From contig CAVZUW010000009.1 of the NCBI GenBank assembly GCA_963778545.1, forward strand, positions 82,069-146,068: DNA of 64,000 nucleotides, given 5' to 3'. Origin of the DNA: an uncultured Actinomycetes bacterium (GTDB lineage: Bacteria; Actinomycetota; UBA4738; HRBIN12). Below, one piece after another: positions 59,075 through 64,000 of the stretch. The notes beneath the pieces were generated by a model that saw only the letters and a program-made list of their open reading frames with translations, had not been told where the DNA came from and made no database searches. Every line of letters starts with the position of its first letter. The first letter of the stretch is position 1. The position numbers and the translations under genes were made by a program.

Positions 59075-60094
59075 GTGGCGACCCGAGTAACGACGGAACC
59101 GTCGCACGAGGAGCTCGGCCTCTCGTCCGAGGACCTCCGTTCCATGTATCGCACGATGGTGACGGCGCGGCTCGTCGACGAGGCGGCGTTCCGCCTCAAC
59201 CGTCAGGGCAAGGCGCCGTTCGTCGTTCCGGTCTCCGGGCACGAGGGGTGTCAGGTCGGCACCGCGTGGCCGCTGCGGCCCGGCCAGGACATCTGGGTCC
59301 CGTACTACCGGGACGTCGCCGTCGTCCTCATCGCCGGGATGACGCCGTACGAGATCTTCCTCGGCTTGTTCGCCAAGGCGGAGGATCCGTCCTCCGGAGG
59401 TCGCCAGATGCCGAGCCACTGGGGCTCGCGCCGGCTCGGGATCATCAGCCACTCCTCTCCCATCGCCACCCAGGTCCCGCATGCCGCGGGCATCGCCTAC
59501 GCCGCGAAGTACCGCGGCGAGGACGCCGTGGTGGGCTGCTGGTTCGGCGAGGGGGCGACGAGCGCCGGCGCCTGGCACGAGGGTCTGAACTTCGCCGGCA
59601 TCCACAAGCTGCCGGTCATCTTCGTCTGCGAGAACAACTACTACGCGATCAGCGTCGGCCAGCCGCTGCAGATGGCGATCGAGAACGTCGCCGAACGCGC
59701 GGCGGGCTACGGGTTCCCCGGCGTCGTCGTGGACGGGAACGACGTCCTCGCGTCGTTCGCCGCGATGAAGACCGCGGTGGAGCGCGCGCGGGCCGGTGAG
59801 GGCCCCACCCTGATCGAGGCGAAGACCTACCGCTTCTTCCCGCACACCTCCGACGACGACGACCGCTCGTACCGCTCACGCGAGGAGGTCCAGGAGGCCA
59901 AGGAGCGGGACCCGATCACGCGGTTCGCCGCCACGCTCACGGATCTCGGCGTGTTGGACCCTGCCGCGATCGACGCGGTGTGGGCCGAGACCAAGGCCGA
60001 TGTCGACGCGCAGATCGACGCGGCGTGGAACGCCGCGGACCCCGATCCGTCGACACTCGGGCGGCACGTGTTCTTCGAACGGGACGGCGAGTGA
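59075..60094 (+). CDS. second TPP-dependent 2-oxoacid dehydrogenase E1 alpha subunit
   Basis: 339 aa with RQGKAPFVVPVSGHEG, WFGEGATSAGAWHEGLN and CENNYYAIS. TAGACT lies 6 nt upstream of GTG 59075. Confidence 0.85.
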   Translation: MATRVTTEPSHEELGLSSEDLRSMYRTMVTARLVDEAAFRLNRQGKAPFVVPVSGHEGCQVGTAWPLRPGQDIWVPYYRDVAVVLIAGMTPYEIFLGLFAKAEDPSSGGRQMPSHWGSRRLGIISHSSPIATQVPHAAGIAYAAKYRGEDAVVGCWFGEGATSAGAWHEGLNFAGIHKLPVIFVCENNYYAISVGQPLQMAIENVAERAAGYGFPGVVVDGNDVLASFAAMKTAVERARAGEGPTLIEAKTYRFFPHTSDDDDRSYRSREEVQEAKERDPITRFAATLTDLGVLDPAAIDAVWAETKADVDAQIDAAWNAADPDPSTLGRHVFFERDGE

Positions 60095-61077
60095 CCGAGA
60101 AGAACGTCGTCACCGCGATCCACGACACCCTGCACGACGAGATGGCGGGGGACGAACGCGTCGTGGTCCTCGGGGAGGACATCGCGACGCGGGGTGGTGT
60201 CTTCCGGGTGACGCAGGGGTTCCTGGACGAGTTCGGCGAGCAGCGGGTGATCGACACGCCGCTGGCCGAGGCGGGGATCATCGGCATCGCCGTGGGCATG
60301 GCTCTGCACGGGCTCCTGCCGGTCGCCGAGATCGAGTTCGCCGACTTCATCCACCCGGCGTACGACCAGATGGTCTCGGAGGTCGCGAGGATGCGGTACC
60401 GGACCAACGGGGACTTCGGGCTCCCGATGGTCGTCCGCGCGCCGTGGGGAGGCGGCGTGCACGGCGCGCTGTACCACTCGCAGTCGATCGAGGCCACGTA
60501 CGGGCACATCCCCGGGCTCAAGGTCGTCGTCCCCGGCACGCCGTACGACGCGTCCGGGATGCTGCGCGCGGCGATCAAGGATCCGGACCCGGTCCTGTTC
60601 CTCGAGCACAAGCGCACGTACCGGCTGATCAAGGGCGAGGTCCCCGACGAGCCGTTCGAGGTGCCGCTCGGCACGGCGGACGTCAAGCGCGAGGGCGAGG
60701 ACCTGACCGCGATCGCCTACGGGTTGTCCCTGCACCTGTGCCTGGAGGCCGCCTCCCGGCTGCAGGACGAGCAGGGCGTCTCGGTCGAGGTGGTGGACGT
60801 TCGGACGATCAGCCCGCTCGACAAGGAGACGATCCTCGCCTCGGTCCGCAAGACGGGCAAGGCGATGGTCGTCTACGAGGACAACCGCACCTACGGCGCG
60901 GGGGCCGAGATCGCGGCCACGATCGCCGAGGAGGCGATGTTCGACCTCGACGGGCCGATCGTGCGGATCGCCGGTCCGGACGTGCCCGCGATGGGCTTCG
61001 CCAGCAACCTCGAGCACGCCTTCATGCTCAACGCCGACCAGATCGGCGAGCGGATGCTCGAGCTCGCCCGCTTCTAG
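60091..61077 (+). CDS. second 2-oxoacid dehydrogenase E1 beta subunit
   Basis: GTGA overlap with the alpha gene. The protein has VLGEDIATRGGVFRVT, VIDTPLAEA, AEIEFADF and VDVRTISPLD. Confidence 0.9.
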   Translation: MTEKNVVTAIHDTLHDEMAGDERVVVLGEDIATRGGVFRVTQGFLDEFGEQRVIDTPLAEAGIIGIAVGMALHGLLPVAEIEFADFIHPAYDQMVSEVARMRYRTNGDFGLPMVVRAPWGGGVHGALYHSQSIEATYGHIPGLKVVVPGTPYDASGMLRAAIKDPDPVLFLEHKRTYRLIKGEVPDEPFEVPLGTADVKREGEDLTAIAYGLSLHLCLEAASRLQDEQGVSVEVVDVRTISPLDKETILASVRKTGKAMVVYEDNRTYGAGAEIAATIAEEAMFDLDGPIVRIAGPDVPAMGFASNLEHAFMLNADQIGERMLELARF

Positions 61078-61177
61078 GCACGAACCACGCTCGAGCGGGC
61101 TCCGGCCCCACCGACCTTCGGTCTCCCCCGTCCCGGGTTCAGGAAATCCCCGAGAGGGCCGATACCTCAGGCACGAC

Positions 61178-64000
61178 ATGGACGACCGACCCGGGAAGCC
61201 GAGCGGCAGGTCGGCGGCGCTTCGGGATCTGCTGTGGATCCTGCTCGCCGTGCTCTTCCTCGTCGTGCTCGGCTCCGCGACCGGCCTGTTCGAACCCTTC
61301 TACACGTGGGTCGACGAGCGGTTGCGTGGGCAGGTCGGCGAATCCGTGGGTGCGCTCGTCCTCCTCGCGGTCGGGCTCTCGCTGTTCGCGATCGTGCAGG
61401 GCCGGTCGAGCCGGCGTGAGAGCACCGCCCGTCATCAGGCGGAGAGCCGCTTCCGAGCGCTCGTCGAGCAGATGCCCGCCGTCATCTCCACGTGGGATCC
61501 GCGCCCGCCGATCGGCACCGCGCCCATGCTCTACGTGAGCCCACAGGTGGAACGGATCCTCGGGTACACGGCGCAGGAATGGATCGACGACCCGGCTCTG
61601 TGGATCCGCACGGTCCACGACGAGGACCGCGACCGCGTGCTGGCCGAGTCGGAGCTCGCCGACCGGACGGGCGAACCGCAGGTGATCGAGTACCGCCACG
61701 TCCGCAAGGACGGCACCGTCATCTGGGTGCACGAGGAGGCGGTCACGATCGAACGCGACCGCCAGGGCCGCCCGTCGCTGGCGCAGGGTGTCAAGTACGA
61801 CGTCACCGAACGCAAGCACGCCGAACAGGACCTCGCCCAGACGGAGGCGCGCTACCGGACGCTGGTCGAACGCGTCCCGGCGGTCACCTACACCTGGGAC
61901 GCGGCGCACCGCAGCGGCGAGGCGCCCGCGCCCTACATCAGCCCGCAGGTGCAGGAGCTGCTCGGCTACTCGGCCGACGAGTTCGGGGATCCCCAGCTCT
62001 GGTCGACCCTGGTCCACCCCGATGACCTGCAGCGCGTCCTCACGGAGTGGGCGGCGTGCGAGGACGGCGAGGCGACCTTCCGCTCCGAATACCGGATGCG
62101 GACGCGCGAGGGTCGCGAGGTGTGGATCCGGGACGAGGCGATCCCGGTCGGACGCGACGACGACGGCCACGCGCTGTTCCAGGGGGTGATGTTCGACATC
62201 ACCGAGCGCAAGCTGGCCGAGGAACGCCTCCAGAAGGCGGAGGCGAACTACCGGACCCTGGTCGAGCAGCTGCCCGTCGTCGTGTACCAGGACGCGGTCG
62301 ACGACGTGAGCACCGCCCTGTACATCAGCCCGCAGTACGAGCGGCTGTTCGGGTTCCCACCGGGAGCCCGCCTGCGGAACCCGCAGTTCTGGGTGGACCA
62401 CCTGCATCCGGAGGACCGCGACCGCGTCCTCGAGCTCTCGAAGTGGACCAACGAGACCGGCGAGCCCTTCTCGGCCGAGTACCGGTTCATCGGTCGCGAC
62501 GGTCGCGTCGTGTGGGTGCGCGACGAGGCGGAGCTGCTCCGCGATGCAGACGGCGAACCGATGATGTGGCAAGGGGTCCTGCTCGACGTCACGGCCCGCA
62601 AGCACGCGGAGGAGGCGCTCTCGCGTCGCGACCTGGTCCTGCAGGCGATCGGGTTCGCGGCCGAACGGTTCCTCAAGAGCGACGACTGGGCAGCCGCGCT
62701 CCCCGACGTGCTGGAACGGCTCGGGACGGCCTCGAGCGCCGGCCGCGTCTACGTGTTCGAGAACGTCCCGCTCGAGGACGGTCGCCTCGGGATGCGCCTG
62801 TACCGGCAGTGGTTCGGATCGGGCACGCCCGAGATCGGCGGCGGCGTCACGACCCTCGCGTACGACGACGGGTTCGCGCGATGGCGCTCGGTCCTGTCCG
62901 GGGGCCGGGAGCTCCACGGGCTCACCCGCGACTTCCCCGAGCAGGAACGCCCGCACCTGGAGGACGAAGGGGTCCTGTCGCAGATCGTGGTCCCGGTCTC
63001 GGTCGGCGACGAATGGTGGGGCTTCATCGGGTTCGACGACTACGCGACCGAGCGCGTCTGGCCGGCCGCCGAGGTCGAGGCGCTCAAGGCGGCCGCCGAC
63101 ACGCTCGGCGCCGCGATCGGACGCACCCGCGCCGAACACCAGCGTCGCGAGGAGCAGGCCGCGCGGCAGGAGCTCGAGCTCCGGACCAGCGCCGTCCTGG
63201 CCTCCGCGCTCGAGGCGATCGTCACGATGGACGAGCGCGGCCGGATCGTGGACTTCAACCCGGCGGCGGAGCGGATGTTCGGCTACGCCCTCGAGGACGT
63301 GGCGGGCGAGTCGCTCGCCGAGATCCTGATCCCGCCCGAACTTCGCGAACGGCACCGCGCGGGGTTCACGCGGTTCCTCGAGACCGGCCAGCCGGCGATC
63401 CTCGGCAAGCACCTCGAGGTGGAGGCGCTCCGGGCCGACGGCCGGCGACTCCCGATCGAGCTGACGGTCACCCAGGTCCAGATGCCGGGGACGACGCTGT
63501 TCACCGGCTTCATCCGCGACCTGACCGAGCGTCGCACCGCCGAGCTCCAGCTCCGGGAGGCCGAGCAGCGGTACCGGACGCTGGTCGAGAACCTGCCCGC
63601 CGCCACCTACATCGACCTGGTCGACGACGGGTCCACCACCCTGTACATCAGCCCGCAGATCGAGGCGATCTGGGGGTACTCGCAGCAGGAGTGGACGGCC
63701 GACCCCGACATCTGGATCAACGCGCTGCACCCGGACGACCGCGAACGGACCCTCGCGGCCGTCGAGCGTCATAACGAGCTCGGCGAGCCGTTCGAGGTCG
63801 AGTACCGGTTCCGAGCGAAGGACGGCCGGTGGACGTGGGTGGGCGACCACGCGACGGCCGTCCGCGATGAGGCAGGACGGATCGCGTTCTCCCAGGGCGC
63901 GATGTTCGACGTCACCGAGCGCCGTCAAGCCGAGGACCAGCTGCGCGAGGCCGAGGAACGCTACCGGGCCATCGTCGAGCACGTCCCGGCCGCGATCTAC
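61178..64000 (+). CDS. multi-domain sensory protein: 2 TM helices, 3 PAS, GAF, 2-3 more PAS; output domain lies beyond the window end
   Basis: Manual translation of + frame 2 from ATG 61178 stays open to 64000. It reads MDDRPGKPSGRSAALRDLLWILLAVLFLVVLG...ESRFRALVEQMPAVIST...DVTERKHAEQDL...EARYRTLVERVP...EANYRTLVEQLP...GAF(VLSQIVVPVSVGDEWWGFIGFDD)...EQRYRTLVENLP...EERYRAIVEHVPAAIY. It is not in the ORF track because there is no stop. The listed 947-aa minus ORF 61139..63982 is its antisense shadow. Confidence 0.85.
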   Translation, partial: MDDRPGKPSGRSAALRDLLWILLAVLFLVVLGSATGLFEPFYTWVDERLRGQVGESVGALVLLAVGLSLFAIVQGRSSRRESTARHQAESRFRALVEQMPAVISTWDPRPPIGTAPMLYVSPQVERILGYTAQEWIDDPALWIRTVHDEDRDRVLAESELADRTGEPQVIEYRHVRKDGTVIWVHEEAVTIERDRQGRPSLAQGVKYDVTERKHAEQDLAQTEARYRTLVERVPAVTYTWDAAHRSGEAPAPYISPQVQELLGYSADEFGDPQLWSTLVHPDDLQRVLTEWAACEDGEATFRSEYRMRTREGREVWIRDEAIPVGRDDDGHALFQGVMFDITERKLAEERLQKAEANYRTLVEQLPVVVYQDAVDDVSTALYISPQYERLFGFPPGARLRNPQFWVDHLHPEDRDRVLELSKWTNETGEPFSAEYRFIGRDGRVVWVRDEAELLRDADGEPMMWQGVLLDVTARKHAEEALSRRDLVLQAIGFAAERFLKSDDWAAALPDVLERLGTASSAGRVYVFENVPLEDGRLGMRLYRQWFGSGTPEIGGGVTTLAYDDGFARWRSVLSGGRELHGLTRDFPEQERPHLEDEGVLSQIVVPVSVGDEWWGFIGFDDYATERVWPAAEVEALKAAADTLGAAIGRTRAEHQRREEQAARQELELRTSAVLASALEAIVTMDERGRIVDFNPAAERMFGYALEDVAGESLAEILIPPELRERHRAGFTRFLETGQPAILGKHLEVEALRADGRRLPIELTVTQVQMPGTTLFTGFIRDLTERRTAELQLREAEQRYRTLVENLPAATYIDLVDDGSTTLYISPQIEAIWGYSQQEWTADPDIWINALHPDDRERTLAAVERHNELGEPFEVEYRFRAKDGRWTWVGDHATAVRDEAGRIAFSQGAMFDVTERRQAEDQLREAEERYRAIVEHVPAAIY

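Noticed and set aside
61139-63982. 947-aa ORF on the minus strand
   Set aside because: It is the antisense shadow of the multi-PAS sensor in + frame 2. It has no recognisable domains and a low-complexity composition.

Overview
Very GC-rich DNA (about 70 % by eye, not computed) that reads like a core chromosomal region of an Actinomycetota genome. Supporting signs are a WhiB-family regulator, DinB/mycothiol-type and F420-type enzyme families, a SufU-type suf cluster, and many leaderless-looking gene starts. I can support about 66 protein genes, one cobalamin riboswitch, a few GC hairpins and two short tandem repeats. I saw no rRNA, tRNA, CRISPR array, transposase, integrase or phage genes. Content in order: glycosyltransferase, ygfZ, whiB, a heptose-activation trio (hddA-gmhB-gmhA), an ABC-2 exporter, a DnaQ/GIY-YIG nuclease, thiolase, and a receiver/zinc-ribbon micro-operon. 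Then come an aquaporin, a NifS-like desulfurase, korAB, a USP-USP-Rieske fusion, B12-dependent metH, an aminotransferase, erpA and ybaK, followed by DUF2207 and a Ca/H antiporter. The suf cluster is interrupted by two extra genes. After it come two histidine kinases and a LuxR regulator, rhodanese, sufT, and a riboswitch-controlled BtuFCD-like importer. The window ends with gcvT, a complete lpd-E1ab-E2-lipB operon, an orphan E1ab pair, and a large multi-PAS/GAF sensor that runs off the window end and is missing from the ORF track. Main points: (1) About 20 reading-frame breaks sit inside conserved genes, several at short G/C runs, which suggests assembly indel errors rather than decay. (2) TANNNT boxes lie 5-7 nt upstream of many start codons, suggesting leaderless mRNAs. 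(3) Candidates for undescribed biology are the unknown 293-aa gene plus yciI inserted in the suf cluster, the BtuD-like ATPase with a 150-aa extra domain, the USP-Rieske fusion, and the receiver/zinc-ribbon micro-operon. All frame-break coordinates are eye estimates. Nothing here was checked against databases.
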